Below, piece by piece: positions 1 to 13,300 of a stretch of 64,000 nucleotides of DNA. The translations under genes and the position numbers were made by a program. The notes below the pieces were generated by a model. The model searched no databases, had not been told where the DNA came from, and saw only the letters and a list, made by a program, of their open reading frames with translations. Source of the DNA: Octopus sinensis (lineage: Eukaryota); the NCBI RefSeq assembly GCF_006345805.1, contig NC_042997.1, positions 110,112,001 through 110,176,000 on the forward strand, given 5' to 3'. Every line of letters begins with the position of its first letter. Positions within the stretch are counted from its first letter, which is position 1.

Positions 1-371
1 ACATGTATATGTATATGTGTATGTGCATGTGTGTGTGCGTGTGTGTGTATAAAGATACACAGAACACAGATGGAAAGACAGACAGAGAAAGTTCTCCTTA
101 CAGCTAGCTAATATAACAATAAACCATCTTGTTCTTTACAATGCCGCTTTTGTTCTTATTAATTGGCAACAATGAAGTAAATAGCGTCACCAGTTAACGA
201 CGTCACACCAAAGTTAGCGCTGCGACGATAATGATGTCGACGTTCAGACCATTTAAAAGCAACCTAAGTTAAACAACACGAAAAGCATAAAAACCACCAT
301 TTTGGTTTTTCCTTTTTCTCTTTCGTTGTTGCTATTCTATTGACAAATGGTTTGTGCTTTCTTTCAACTCT

Positions 372-490
372 CCTTCTTCTTCTTCTTCTTCTTCTTCTTC
401 TTCTTCTTCTTCTTCTTCTTCTTCTTCTTCTTCTTCTTCTTCTTCTTCTTCTTCTTCTTCTTCTTCTTCTTCTTCTTCTTCTTCTTCTTC
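372..490. repeat. (CTT)n microsatellite
   Basis: Uninterrupted CTT run; source of the poly-R/L/F/S ORFs at 264-650. Confidence 0.98.
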
Positions 491-584
491 CTTTTGTCGT
501 TTTATATCTTATCTTTACACAGTCCACCATTCGGTCGAGTTAATCGTAATTATAAAGACAAAGAGGGGAAAGAGAAAGGTGAAG

Positions 585-950
585 GCAGTAGTAGTAGTAG
601 TAGTGGTGGTGGTGGTAGTGGTTGTAGGGGTGGTAGTGGTAGTGATGTAGGTGGGGATTTTGGTGGTGGTGGTGGTTGTGGTTGTTGTTGTTGTTGTTGT
701 GGTGGTGGTGGTGGTGGTGGTTGTGGTATTGGTGGCGGTAATGGTGGAGATAATGGTTGTTGCTGTTGTTGTGGTGGTGGTTGTAGGGGTGGTGGTGGTA
801 GTGGTAGTGATGTAGGTGGGGATTTTGGTGGTGGTGGTGGTAATGGTGGTGGTTATGGTGGTTGTTGTTCTTGTTGTTGTTGTTGTGGTGGTGGTGGTGG
901 TGGTGGTGGTGGTGGTGATGGTGGTGGTTGTGGTATTGGTGGTGGTAGGG
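585..950. repeat. Compound (AGT)/(GGT)/(TGT)n simple repeat
   Basis: Trinucleotide mosaic with an internal repeat of ggtagtgatgtaggtggggattttggtggtgg. Confidence 0.95.
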
Positions 951-1174
951 GTGAAATGCGTGCAATGCTAAGAGAGATGTGATGGAAGTGTGCATGTGTG
1001 TATGCGTTTGTGTATGTGTGTGAGTGAGCGAGTGGGTGGTGTGTTGGGGCAGTAGTAAAACGCTTGATTGGCCATTAACTTCCGTTTCGTTGGTCAGTGA
1101 AGAAGAGAAAAAAAGAAAAGGATTAAGGAAAGGACAGCAACAAGAAATTTTAAATATAATAATCATTATCGCCA

Positions 1175-1206
<32 letters not shown>

Positions 1207-1519
1207 CCATCATCATCATCATTGTGATCCCCATCATCATCATCGTCGTCATCATCGCCGTTCTCGTCGTTGTTGTCGTCTTTCACATTAGTCCGTTCGG
1301 CACAGAAAACTATATATATTGAAAATGTGGTTGAAATAAAGGAAATAACAACAACAACAACAACAACGACGACGACGACGATGATGATGATGATGATGAT
1401 TTCATTTGTTTGCCACAAGAGCGAAGGATGAAGGGTGCAATACCAAGACAGATATAGAATGTGGGGGTTTACATATAATGGAATGGCTAAAAAACAAAAT
1501 GGAAGAAAGTATACACGGT

Positions 1520-1927
1520 ATAATAATAACAACAATAATAACAACAACAACAATAATAATAACAACAATAATAACAACTAAAACAATAATAATGATAATA
1601 ATAATAACAACAACAATGATAATGATAATAATAATAATAACAACAACAATAATAGCAACAACAACAACAACAATAATAATAATAATAATGCTAATAATAA
1701 TAATAATAATAATAATAGTAATAATGATGATGATAATAATAATAATAATAATAATAATAGTAATAATGATAATAATAATAATAATGATAATAATAATAAT
1801 AATAATAATAATGATGATGATGATGGTGATAATAATAATAATGATGATGATGCTAATAATAATAATAATGATAATAATAATAATAATGATAATAATAATA
1901 ATAATGATGATGATAATAATAATAATG

Positions 1928-1958
<31 letters not shown>

Positions 1959-1975
1959 TGATGATAATAATAATG

Positions 1976-2048
<73 letters not shown>

Positions 2049-2106
2049 TGATGATGATGATAATAATAATAATAATAATAACAATAACGATAAAAATAAA
2101 AATAAA

Positions 2107-2140
<34 letters not shown>

Positions 2141-2190
2141 TAATAGTAATAATAATAATAATAACAATAATAATAATAATAATAATAGTA
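1520..2190. repeat. Long (AAT/GAT/AAC)n simple repeat array
   Basis: About 670 bp of trinucleotide repeats; yields poly-I/L/Y pseudo-ORFs. Confidence 0.97.
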
Positions 2191-4081
2191 ATTTTTTTAA
2201 CAACAACAATAAATGAATCGAATGCGAAGTTCAGAGATACCAAAGACTGTAAATGTGAAAGACGAAGCAACTGAAGAATGGAGAAAGGAGGAGTAACATG
2301 GGAATACACACACGCACAAATACATACACACACTCATAGATATACATACATACAGAGAGGGAGAGATATATATAGAGAGAGGAGGAGAGAAGGAATACAT
2401 AAAGATGAAAAGATGGTGTGAGTGAGTTAGAGAGAGAGAGAGACGATATTGAATCTGAGCGACGATGGTAAGAAGGAGAGGTAAGAAGTAATTAGAGTCA
2501 AAGAAGAAAGCTGAATATACAATGGAATAGAGAGAGAGGGAGGTGGGAGGAGGAAGTGGAAGAATTGATGGAGCGAAGGACATTTTCGAAAATATGTATT
2601 GGAAAGTAAAAGCATCTACATTGTTATTAGTGATGTTGTTTTTGGAGAATCTCCAAGAAATCCATTTTATTCTAAATTTCTTGAAGGGACATTTTAAAAT
2701 GAAATGGCTTAGAACAATACAGAGAAAACAAAAAAAAAATGGAAATAAATGAAAAGAATTAGAGTTTATGTGTTCGACGCGAAGACAACAACAGCAACAG
2801 CAACGACACGAAAAGACTGTTAATTGAACAATTAAATTACTGATAATTTTATTTTTTTGGAATTATTTCTATTTTTATTTCTGTTCAATCGATCAACACT
2901 CCACCGACATTTTATGTCGCTTCTTCGAAATAATGTTTGCATCATCTATGTTTGTTGTTAATGGGATTAGAGGCGAATAACAGCAACCGATACTATTAAA
3001 GGTAATTAGATAAATTCTAATAAAATCTACGATGTGAACGATAATGAATAGAAAGAAGAAGAAGAAAAAAAAAGTAGATGTTATTTTTTATTGTTAAAAA
3101 TTGTATGAAAGAGGAATATTGTAACAAAACCAGCGAGGACGCCGTTGAAATGAGAAAAGGCAGCAACACCATAAAACGGCAAGAAAATGACATGAAATGC
3201 CTTCCAACATTCTCTCGTATCTACTCTGCTTTTCTATCTTTCAATTAGATTTTGTTTTTCCTTCTAGAATGTCTCATTGTATATATATAATGCTTTAAAC
3301 ATTATATTTACAATTAGGCTATAACTTGAAGAATATAGAACGGTTCGAGGTAAAGTTAGTGACCTTCGTTTCAATTATTAACTCAGTTTAAACTATTTGA
3401 TTTGGCGACTGAACTTTAATTTCCATACACGCTTTTGTTTCTTTTATGAATGTTTTCAAAATAATGCTTCTTGAAAAAAAGAAATGAAGCCGATCTCGTT
3501 CTATATCTACCACATACGTTAGACAAACTCCTGTTTAAACATTCGCTGGTAAGGCCACTTCTAATGAATTCATCCTCCACTGCACAAATGCTTCATTATT
3601 TAACCTCCGCTGATCCCGATTTTATTCAATTATTCTTCCTGTTACGCTTCGTTGTTCTACATCTTATGACACATTATTTTAACACTTTATGTTTTTAGTA
3701 CTTACTCCTAAATATTCCTTATCTTTTCGCGATTCAGTTTTATTCTTCATCTGTAATATTTGGAATTTCTGAACGTATACCAAATACAATCCATTAATTG
3801 GGACACACTAATAACGATCTTTTTTTTTTAATTTCTCAATTAGATGACGTGGCTCATGAAGTAGGGCTAAACTCATTAGGGTCTGAATGACAAATAAAGC
3901 AATCTTAATTCCTTACAGCAGTTATTTCCTCTTACATATGCTGCCTTATTGAGGCAAACATAGGCATTACGCATTCACTTATCAATTTTCATGTGAGTAA
4001 CTTTCTTCAAGACAGTTTTTATCTCTTAGTTCGAACCTGGGGTCTTTCCTGCTTTTTGCTTACTCTTGAACATGGATGAGT

Positions 4082-4164
4082 TCAGTAATTCTTTACCACT
4101 CTTCCAATGGTAATGGTCGGTAGACGAACGGTATTGTTGGTGGTACTTCCCTGGGTGTCCGAAT
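4082..4164 (-). CDS. Candidate terminal coding exon of an unidentified gene
   Basis: Minus-strand acceptor-like ttattttattccaccAG followed by non-repetitive sequence; frames give IRTPREVPPTIPFVYRPLPLEEW*, (D)SDTQGSTTNNTVRLPTITIGRVVKNY* or FGHPGKYHQQYRSSTDHYHWK... No homology recognised. Confidence 0.2.
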
Positions 4165-6169
4165 CTGGTGGAATAAAATAATTTCAAACCAGAGAATTAA
4201 TTACAACAGAATAGACTCCCCTAAAATCACTCAGGGATTTGAACGGGGGTGTTAAACTGAATGATGGATTAAGGCTACGCTGCACCAGAAATATAATGGC
4301 TAAAATAACAAATAAAACTCCTTTGACAAACCAAGGAATTCTTTTGTGCACTGAAAGCAACTAATACGTTGAATTTATTGGTAGAATAATGAAATAGTCG
4401 CTGCTTCGATTATAACCAATATCCTTCCGAATTCTCTGTTACAATTTTAAACCAATTTGTCCAAATTACAATTGATTTATCTGTACACAAACCGACAGAC
4501 TAATCCCATTTTCACTCCATATAAATTCGCACTAATTCCTTTCCAACCTGCTTTCTTTAGAATCGAGACGACGTACTTGTCGCTGCTACTATTGTTCCTT
4601 CGTGTCTCTAGTTAGACCTGTCTGTTTCTCTCCTCCTCCTCCTTCTTTTTCTTTTTCTTCCCCTTTTCTTCTTCTTCTTCTCCTTCTTCTTCTTCTCCTT
4701 CTTCTTCTTCTTCTTCTTCTTCTTCTTCTTCTTCTTCTTCGCGGTTGTCTTTGTTGTTGTTTTTGTTGTTAATATTTGTGCTGGTTGTTATTTAGTTACA
4801 ATATTGTTATTAATGTGTTTAGTTAACGATTTAAAAAAAAAAAATTATCAGTTGAATAATCTTAAGAATTATCCTAGAAAACATTTAATCTCAACAAGTT
4901 CCATTCCATTTTCTATTAACAGCCGCCTATTTTTTTTGAAATCTCTTTAAACCATTTTTTTTCCTTTATTTTAATAAAAAGTTGCATGCCTGATCTCAAT
5001 CATGATTTGAAGTTTCCAACTCGAAACCCAGGTCAAACATAGAGAACATTTAAGATGTGTTGATAATTAATCACCCTTGTTAGCTTAAATATTGATAAGA
5101 TGTCAGCTCATTTCGAATATTTTATCTGTAATCAAAGTAGCTAATGACTTGAAATTATCCTGTAGCTTTACTAATAGGATTTTCCTTCTAAATATTTAAA
5201 CGGCCTACATAATTTTTTTTAATAATACGGTGGTCAAAAAGAGATACTGCGACACGATTTCAAATGCTAGATATTATTGAAATACAGAATCATAAAGGTT
5301 TAATTTCATGTGTTCTATGAGAAAGAAAGAGTTTATTGGTGAGACTCTGGAAGTATTTGGATTATATAAGTGGGACCACATAGATAACTGACTGAACGGA
5401 TGAACAACACTAAACGCTGTTTGTATTGGAGTGTAGTATGAACGGAATTCATGCGTAAAATGAGACACTGGAGTGAATAGCTACGTAACCTGAGGGATGT
5501 ATTTATAATCGTCTTATATGCGGATTATTTGAAGGCGCGATCAGTACCCAACATATCTGACTTTAATAGGACCAAGAGAAATAATTAGTATTGTATTCAT
5601 GGATAGAAGAATTTAGAAGATAAATTTTATAAAAGTAGAAGGTAATAGTTATCTCCCCCTTAAAAGTGGACGTTGTGTTAGAACACAGAATACTGCCTTA
5701 TTTGCCTAGAGAGAGAGACTCCCATGTGGACTCATGGTGCATAAAGGATTTTGTGCATGTATCGCTGACGGACGAAGCCAGTCCCTGAATAGGCATTGAT
5801 ATCGTTGACAAAAGAATCGGCTGCTAGGTCTCCGTTGGACGTCTGTCGTTAACATGTCCCAAGGAAGGGCGAAATCGTGTGATCTGGAACTTCCGTCGGC
5901 CGTGGAAGGCGGTTCTCGTCTGCCAGTGATATAAACACGAGTGTTTTTATACACCAGAAAGCCGCATGAGAAGTTCCCTCGATGCTAAATAACGCAGTAT
6001 TGTCTGCTCTAACACAACATCCACTTTTAAGTAATGTTAAACATTACCTTTTGATATTAATATTACTTCTGTCACTATTGGTTATTTTATATAAGAGTAT
6101 AGGCTTGGAGCAGAAATATTACATTCTTTTCATAAAAATGCGCAGCATATTGTATTCTTCTTTACAATA

Positions 6170-6332
6170 GGTGCAGGAGTGACTGTGTGGTAAGTAGCTT
6201 GCTTACCAACCACAAAGTCCCGGGTTCAGTCCCACTGCGTGGCACCTTGGGAAAGTGTCTTCTACTATAGCTTCGGGCCGACCAAAGCCTTGTGAGTGGA
6301 TTTGGTAGACAGAAACTGAAAGAAGCTCATCG

Positions 6333-6383
<51 letters not shown>

Positions 6384-6647
6384 TTGAGTGTGTGTGTGTG
6401 TGCGCGTGCACACGTGTGTGTGTGTGTGTGTATGTGTGTGTGTCTGTGTTTGTCCCCCCAACATCGCTTGACAACCGATGGTGGTATATTTAAGTCCCCG
6501 TAACTTAACGGTTCGGCAAAAGAGACCGATAGAATAAGTACTAGGCTTACAAAGAATAAGTCCTGGGGTCCATTTGCTCGAATAAAGGCGGTGCTCCAGC
6601 ATGACCGCAGTCAAATGACTGAAACAAGTAAAAGAGTAAAAGAGTAA
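6170..6647 (+). mobile_element. tRNA-derived SINE, family A (full length)
   Basis: Head with A-box-like GGCTGTGTGGTAAG variant and B-box-like GGGTTCAGTCCC, internal (TA)/(TG)n, tail GGCGGTGCTCCAGCATG..CAGTCAAATGACTGAAACAAGTAAAAGAG; many near-identical copies in the window. Confidence 0.9.
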
Positions 6648-7330
6648 TAGCAACCAGATTGAAGACAATTCTATTTCATGACTTAGAATCTCTAAAAACT
6701 GTCGAAATGAAGCTGATGGGTAGGATTTACACCGTCTTTTCCAGGCAGAGTTAGGAATAAATGAAATAACTTAGATGAAAGTGTCTTAAGGCAGGGCACC
6801 AGGTATATCAAACACGTGGTGTTAATAGTAACAGGTAGGTCTATCAGTTTGGTCATCGTAATGATGATGGCGATGATGATTATGATGGTGATGGTTAGAA
6901 GGAGGATTTGGTTTTTCTTGCTTATAAAACCAGCGCAAATATCAAACATGTTAATACAACAACATTGAAGTGGAAATGTTTAGAAAAAGAACATAAATTA
7001 TCAAAAGTGCAAAAGAGAGAACAGAAGCAGTTTCGCGAAGACAGAAACACACACACACACGCACACACACACGCACACACACATAGTGGAACACAAGATG
7101 ATGTTTGATCATTGTGTGGCGTGTTAATTTACATGCTACGCATCCACACACAACCACAGACACACACATACATATATACACACACTTTCATGTACATACA
7201 TTCACATACATATGAATATATGTCTGTGTGTGTATATGTGTTTGTAAGTGTGTGGGTATGTACGTATATATGAATATTATATGTACATAATATAATATAT
7301 ATATATGTATGTATGTGTGTGTATATATAT

Positions 7331-7527
7331 AGAGAGGGTTTACGAAAAAAAAGACAAAAGACGAAAACAGGTGGCGTACAAAACAAACAGATGTATTAGT
7401 ATAACGCTCAGGAATAGAAAAAATCTTTTACGTTTCGAGCCTACGCTCTTCTACAAAAAGAGACACAGAAAAAAACAAGGAGAGAAAAAAATGCGTGTCG
7501 TGGCTAACGATCTATCATGGCGACTAC
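7331..7527 (-). mobile_element. Short non-coding repeat (family H) carrying a degenerate minimal hammerhead (7424-7460)
   Basis: Homologous to 40310-40480 and 44861-45036; minus strand reads TTGTAGAA-GAGC GTAG GCTC-GAAACGT-A-AAAG; flanked by (TA)n. Confidence 0.75.
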
Positions 7528-7556
7528 ATATATATACATATATATAGATATATGTA

Positions 7557-7654
<98 letters not shown>

Positions 7655-8230
7655 AATAAAATAGAATATATGCATATATATAAACATATATGTACGTACC
7701 TACCTCTACATGTACATATACACGCATATATGTGTACAGGACACCAAAAAGACGTCGAACACAGAGAGAGACGAAACACATAGACACAAACCAAGGAACA
7801 AGACAAGCAAAAAAAAGGGAGGGATACAGGACAATAAGCACAACGAAAAATCCCCTTCTTCAGTCGCTAAGATTTCATCTACTAAACGTTTCGAAGGATA
7901 AAAGCGAGACGTATACTTCGAAGAAAAATTCCTTCCCGCGAAAAGCAACTCAATTAAAATTCTGAGATCTTTTCGCAGAGGGGTAAATAAAAGCAAGACG
8001 GTAACGACAGTACAAACATATAAACAGTAAAAAATATATATATAAACAGTGGAAAAATAAATATATAACAGTGAGAGACAAGACAAGGAGAACAAGATAA
8101 GAAGGGCTGTTAACGCCAGACGAAAAAAGTATTGTAAACGCTGGATTATCGTGGAAGACAGAGAGAGAAATTTTGTCAACCAGAAGCCTTGCAAGGCGGG
8201 CGAGAAAGGACAGGATAGCAGTTACATGAA

Positions 8231-8557
8231 GGCGCATGGCTCAGTGGTTAGAGCGTCGAGCTTACGATCGTGAGGTTGTGAGCTCGAATCCCGGACCGGG
8301 CTGCGTGTTGTGTTCTCGAGCAAGGCACTTTATTTCACGTTGCTCCAGTTCACTCAGCTGTAGAATGAGTTGCGACGTCACAGGTGCCAAGCTGTATCGA
8401 CCTTTGTCTTTCCCTTGGATAACACTGGTGGCGTGGAGAGGGGAGGCTGGTATGCATGGGCGACTGCTGTCTTCCATAAACAACCGTGCCCGGACTTGTG
8501 TCTAGGAGGGTAACTTTCTAGGTGCAATCCCATGGTCATTCATGACCGAAGGGGGTC
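8231..8557 (+). mobile_element. tRNA-derived SINE, family B (CORE-like body)
   Basis: GGCGCATGGCTCAGTGGTTAGAGC A-box, GCTCGAATCC B-box, central GTTGCTCCAGTTCACTCAGCTGTAGAATGAGT; ends in (TA)n. Confidence 0.85.
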
Positions 8558-8566
8558 TTTACCCTT

Positions 8567-8601
<35 letters not shown>

Positions 8602-10114
8602 TTATATATATAGCTTCTTAAGCCATGTGAGCAGAACCCGTAGATTGTGTGAAGACACCAGACGTATGATAAGATGTCGAGTTGTTTTCATCCTGGTCGG
8701 TCATAAAAATATATATTGTTTATTAAATAATATTTATCTCTCACCAGAGGGAGTACTTTTCTTTTGTTCATCTTACCATCAAAGAACAGTATACTGTGTG
8801 TGTTTGTGTTGTTGCTTGTGTTTTTCTCCTGAACATGAGAAGCACAAACAGGACAGCGATGGACGCCTCTTCCAGTAGGTGTTCATTCACGCTGACCCCC
8901 TCCTTCATCCCACCATGGAATCTTTCATTGAGTGCTTAGCTTTTTTTTTTCAGATACAGCCAGATATAGAATGCAAAACATAACAGAAATGTTAGAACTA
9001 AAGTGATGCCTATGCCTGAAGCGTTCTAAGGTTGAGAAAAGGACTGCGCGGTGCCAGTCCTACCTTCTAATTAAGGTACGCATTTGCCCAAAAGGAAGTT
9101 GACTTTACCCGTGGACGCAAACGAGGACCTGGTTGTTACATCAGGTTTTCGTTTTCTTGGAGAGAGATATTTAAACAAAGTCTAGGGACCATCACATACT
9201 GCTTTTGGATAGGGTTTCATTCATCTGAGTGTATTCCCTTTTTGACATGTTTAGTTTTGTACCCTACAAGACATCCAACAATAACCGCCCCTGTTACCAA
9301 CCTGCTTGGTAGCGTTTCCGGTTTAGTTGCCGTCGGCCCTACCGCACGACGGTTTGTACCGCGTTACATGTTAGCAGTAATAATAGGAGCGACCTACCGT
9401 TGATATACGTCTATACATGCAAACATACACACACGCACGCACACACATACACACACACACACATACACACACACACACATACACACACACACACATATAT
9501 ATATGCATATGTTGCTGGTATATGTGTGTTTGTATATGTATGTGTGCGTGTGTGTGGATGTAATATATACTCAGGAGTAATTCGGTAGATTCCATGCCAA
9601 GATATTTCAGACCTTCTCGGTTTTAAGTATCATCTACTGTATAAGAAGTGTCAAATTTCATGTTTATTTTTAATGAAGGTTGCTCGTATCATCATCTCCC
9701 TCTTTCAACCACTGCAGTCGGCGTGTGACATATCTCCTCATACAATTCATAATAAGTAAACCGTATTGCATATCGATATCCGCGATTCGTTTCGTTTGCG
9801 TAGAACAATGAAACCAACCGATATCTAAACGTTTCTTACCATTATTTTCTCTCTCATTCGCTCAAAAAACATTTTAGCAAATCATTGTTGCTAGGATTGC
9901 AAGCTCAATAACTGTTAGTCACACAAGAAATTAAATAAAGAAAACCCACTCATCAAGTTTAATTGATTCAGCTATCAACGAGATGAACAGCCGTAAAGTA
10001 GACAAACATTTAAAAATATTGAACATGTCCTTGAGAGAACAGCTGGAATTATCCATTGATATTGGCGCTGAGGACAGACAAAGAGATTGAAGTGTTTACG
10101 ACCCACGTCACTTA

Positions 10115-10165
10115 CTAAATGTAATTCTTAACTATGGCACTTCTTCGGTCTTCAGAGACTCTAAT
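10115..10165 (-). CDS. Candidate short exon IRVSEDRRSAIVKNYI*
   Basis: Strong acceptor ttttatttaacttttctccAG; only frame 0 is open, ending in TAG that overlaps a perfect GTAAGT donor. No homology recognised. Confidence 0.3.
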   Translation of the reverse strand: MRVSEDRRSAIVKNYI

Positions 10166-10401
10166 CTGGAGAAAAGTTAAATAAAATGTTGTTTGTAATC
10201 TTCACGCTTCCATTGATGTAAATTTTGACGTTTATCACGTTACAAGAGAAGCTTACAGGAATTCTTTAGATAACCGACAACCAAGCTATAAACTATTTTT
10301 CTAACGTTTTATATCTCAATAGTAGGAACCGATATTTCAGTGTTTCAACGCACGGTGTGGTAATAGTTTTATATATGCAAACATACATTCGTGTGTGTGT
10401 G

Positions 10402-10437
<36 letters not shown>

Positions 10438-10736
10438 TGTACAAACACATATACATAAAGTAACGAAGGCAGCAATACGCAATATAAAACCAAAAAGGAA
10501 AATTTCAATTGTCACTAATAGTGACTGGTGGTGCAGGGTAATACCTACATTGCTAGAAATAAGAGCTAAAAGACCTTGTAGCCGCAGGAAGTAGATTGTC
10601 TATGTACTGACAGGGGAGATAACCGCCTCCATATACATATACATTACGCGTTTGTGTGTATGTGAGAGAGAGAGTAAGAGTGAGAGTATGTGTGTGTGTG
10701 TGTGTGTGGTGTGTGTGTGTGTGTGTGTGTGTGTGA

Positions 10737-10841
10737 TTCAGTTTTATTTCAAAATATTTTGCCAATAGAGAAAGAGCCAGTTTCTAACCTAGTTGCAAAG
10801 CTCCTTCATTGGAATTTCAACAACATCAACAGGATATTTTT
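10737..10841 (-). mobile_element. Short repeat (family R) sharing a motif with the 3' UTR of an RLE retrotransposon
   Basis: Clearly homologous to 23152-23253; contains GAGCCAGTTTCTAACCTAGTTGCAAAGCTCC, 24/31 identical to 22684-22714; flanked by (TG)n and (TATG)n. Confidence 0.65.
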
Positions 10842-11024
10842 GTATGTATGTATGTATGTAGTATGTATGTATGTATGTATGTATGTATGTAGGTAGGTAG
10901 GTAGGTAGGTAGGTAGGTAGGTAGGTAGGTAGGTAGGTAGGTAGGTAGGTAGGTAGGTATGCATGTGTGTAGATTGTTATGTTTCTATGTATGTATTCTT
11001 ATGCACTTAATTGCATATCTAAAC

Positions 11025-11350
11025 CAGTAGCGTAAGGGCGGCAAGGGGGGAGCAAGGTGGGTACGTGACCCGGGCGCCGATTTAAGTGAGGTGCAGAATT
11101 TACCATAACGCGATAAACTTGAACTCCATTTATAAAATTTATAAAAGTAAACATTTAAAAATTATATTTTGAATTACAGGCTGTACCAAACCGGTAGGTA
11201 AATGAACCCTTGTAAAGTAATTATTCCTAAAATATTGCCTTAAAACATTAATTACTGTTAACAAATAAGTACTATATAATATGGTGGATTGTGTAATGGT
11301 GGGGAGACATTTTTACGGCTTGCCCCAGGAGCGGATTACCCTACGCCAAA
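11025..11350. mobile_element. Possible decayed MITE with CAGTRGCGTA-type termini
   Basis: Left CAGTAGCGTAAGGG, right ACCCTACGCCA; GC-rich ends around an AT-rich core; TSD not evident. Confidence 0.35.
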
Positions 11351-11660
11351 GTTTTACAAATTTTTACAGTTCCAGTGTTGGATTAGGTCTTCGAATCAGC
11401 CTTTTTCCTTTCTGGTTTTGTGAAGCCTAATTTCTGAAGGCAGTTTGTTACATATCCAAGTGCCCCAATAATTACAGGTATAAACCTGAACTGATAATCT
11501 GAGAAGGGTAACTGTAGATTTCTGAATACTTCAGCATAGGTGTGTTCCTTTTCGCTAATCTTTAGCTTTATGTCAACATCCGTTGGAGTGCTGATTTCCA
11601 CAACTGTGCACAGTTTCTCTTCTCTGTCCCAGATCACTTTTCTTGGAGCTGGAATTAAGT
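11350..11660 (-). mobile_element. RLE-type non-LTR retrotransposon fragment (R4/Dong-like endonuclease C-terminus)
   Basis: VIWDREEKLCTVVEISTPTD...EKEHTY...FIPVIIGALG matches the PD..D-E-x-K restriction-like endonuclease pattern; same family as 22660-23090. Confidence 0.8.
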
Positions 11661-11743
11661 CCAGTGCATTAGAACTTCAATGAAAACCATGTCTGCTTTC
11701 CTCAGTCCCAGACTAGCAGCTGAGAGTGGATCACGTGGTACGG

Positions 11744-12072
11744 TTTAAGTTCCCAGATCACATCATATCAAGAACACTCCGCCATGATATAATGATCTTC
11801 TAAAATTCCACCAAACAAGTGAACATGTGGGACCTGACTGCGCCCTGCGAGGAATACATGGGGGAACCTCATAAGAGGAAGCTTGCACAATGCCAGGAGC
11901 TGTTGGCACAGTGCAGAAATCAGGGCTGGCAAGCACTTTGCGAAGCAATAGAAGTAGGCTGACTAGCCTGGGAGTTACTGATACAATAAACAGAAGAGAT
12001 ATAAATTCCATCACTGGGGCTGCAGAGCAGGTCACTAGGCGAGGGCTTTGGTTAATGAGGAGAGACAAATGG
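11744..12072 (+). mobile_element. HERO-like RLE non-LTR retrotransposon 3' fragment
   Basis: Frame from 11744 reads FKFPDHIISRTLRHDIMIF*NSTKQVNMWDLTAPCEEYMGEPHKRKLAQCQELLAQCRNQGWQALCEAIEVG*, then LGVTDTINRRDINSITGAAEQVTRRGLWLMRRDKW, resembling the HERO-clade C-terminus. Confidence 0.75.
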
Positions 12073-12074
12073 TT

Positions 12075-12395
12075 TGTAAACACGCCAACACCTGTTATCA
12101 AGCGGTGATGAGGGAAACAAACACAGACACAAAGACACACGCACTGATAAACACACACACGCACGCACACACATACACGCACACACACACACGCACACAT
12201 ATATATATAAGAGCTCACAAGGCACAATATATACGACGAGCTTCTTTCAGTTTCCGTTTACCAAATCCAGTCATAAGGCTTTGGTCGACTCGACGCTATA
12301 GTAGAAAAAACTTGCCCAAGGTGCCATGCAGGGGGATTGAACCCAGAACCATGCGGTAGGGAAGAAAGCTGCTTACAACACAGCCAAGCCTACTT
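12075..12395 (-). mobile_element. SINE family A, 3'-truncated
   Basis: Head and middle match family A; tail absent; abuts the HERO-like fragment. Confidence 0.85.
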
Positions 12396-13267
12396 CTGTA
12401 ACACACACGCACATATATTCATACAGAGACGTTTACATGCGTATATGTACACACGCAGAGAAATACTCACGCGTACGCTGTATCAGCAAACATTCTGAGA
12501 GATCAAGCCACAAATCAAACGATGCTAATAATTTAGAATTCAATCACACATTATTCATAATTCATTCACGACAATTTCAGAAAAACTCCACCGTTTCAAA
12601 GTGATTTTACTTCTTTTTGATACAACCACGACGATATTTTCGGAATTGCTTTACTGGAATAGTAACCACTCAACATTAAATGCTATTGTATTTCAGATAC
12701 TATTTTATATGAATCGTCGTATATTTAATTCATGGCTGTTTGAATTTCCAACAAATTCCATTGAAGCTACATTTTCACTGGAATCTTCGCATTTATATAA
12801 AGAGAAAGAGAACATCGGCTACAGCGTCAAATTAATGAACCATTTACAAAACTAATTTGCAAACTTCTTCTCAGCAAAAAGAACAGAATCACATAATTTA
12901 AATTTATTATTATTCTAGAAAGGAAATTGTACATTAGATATAAAGATCCTTTTTCTATGAGTATAGACAATAATCTGTCGCAGACGTCTGCGAGAGTGTA
13001 GTGAATTTCCTTCACAGTACATTCATTTAATTGAATACTAAAACATCACAGAGATGCTGTTGATGTAAAGATAAAGGACTTGTCGAAGGCGGCTGTTTGA
13101 ATATCACAGTAAGTAATGGAGCTTCCAGTTCTGATATGTCCTTGCTGACTGGGGCGGCCATGAAAATGAATAGAACAAATACCGACAACAATATACACAT
13201 ACATAAATGCATAAACACATACATAAACACATACATATATACATACATACATACATACATACATACA

Positions 13268-13300
<33 letters not shown>

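Noticed and set aside
264-2333. Long ORFs (up to 345 aa) of poly-L/I/H/G/R
   Set aside because: Stop-free translations of trinucleotide microsatellites in several overlapping frames on both strands; no domain content.
7851-7899. Minus-strand CCTTC-GAAACGTT...CTGAAGAAGGGG, both hammerhead half-cores in permuted order
   Set aside because: No consistent stem I could be drawn and the best stem II pairing consumes core bases; possibly a relic, not counted.
8231-8305. tRNA-like sequences here and at 29557 and family A/C heads
   Set aside because: No complete acceptor stem; each continues into a conserved SINE body, so they are SINE heads and not tRNA genes.
12978-12993. Perfect 16-bp palindrome TCGCAGACGTCTGCGA
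   Set aside because: Isolated, with no second copy or associated feature; cannot be distinguished from chance or a tiny relic.
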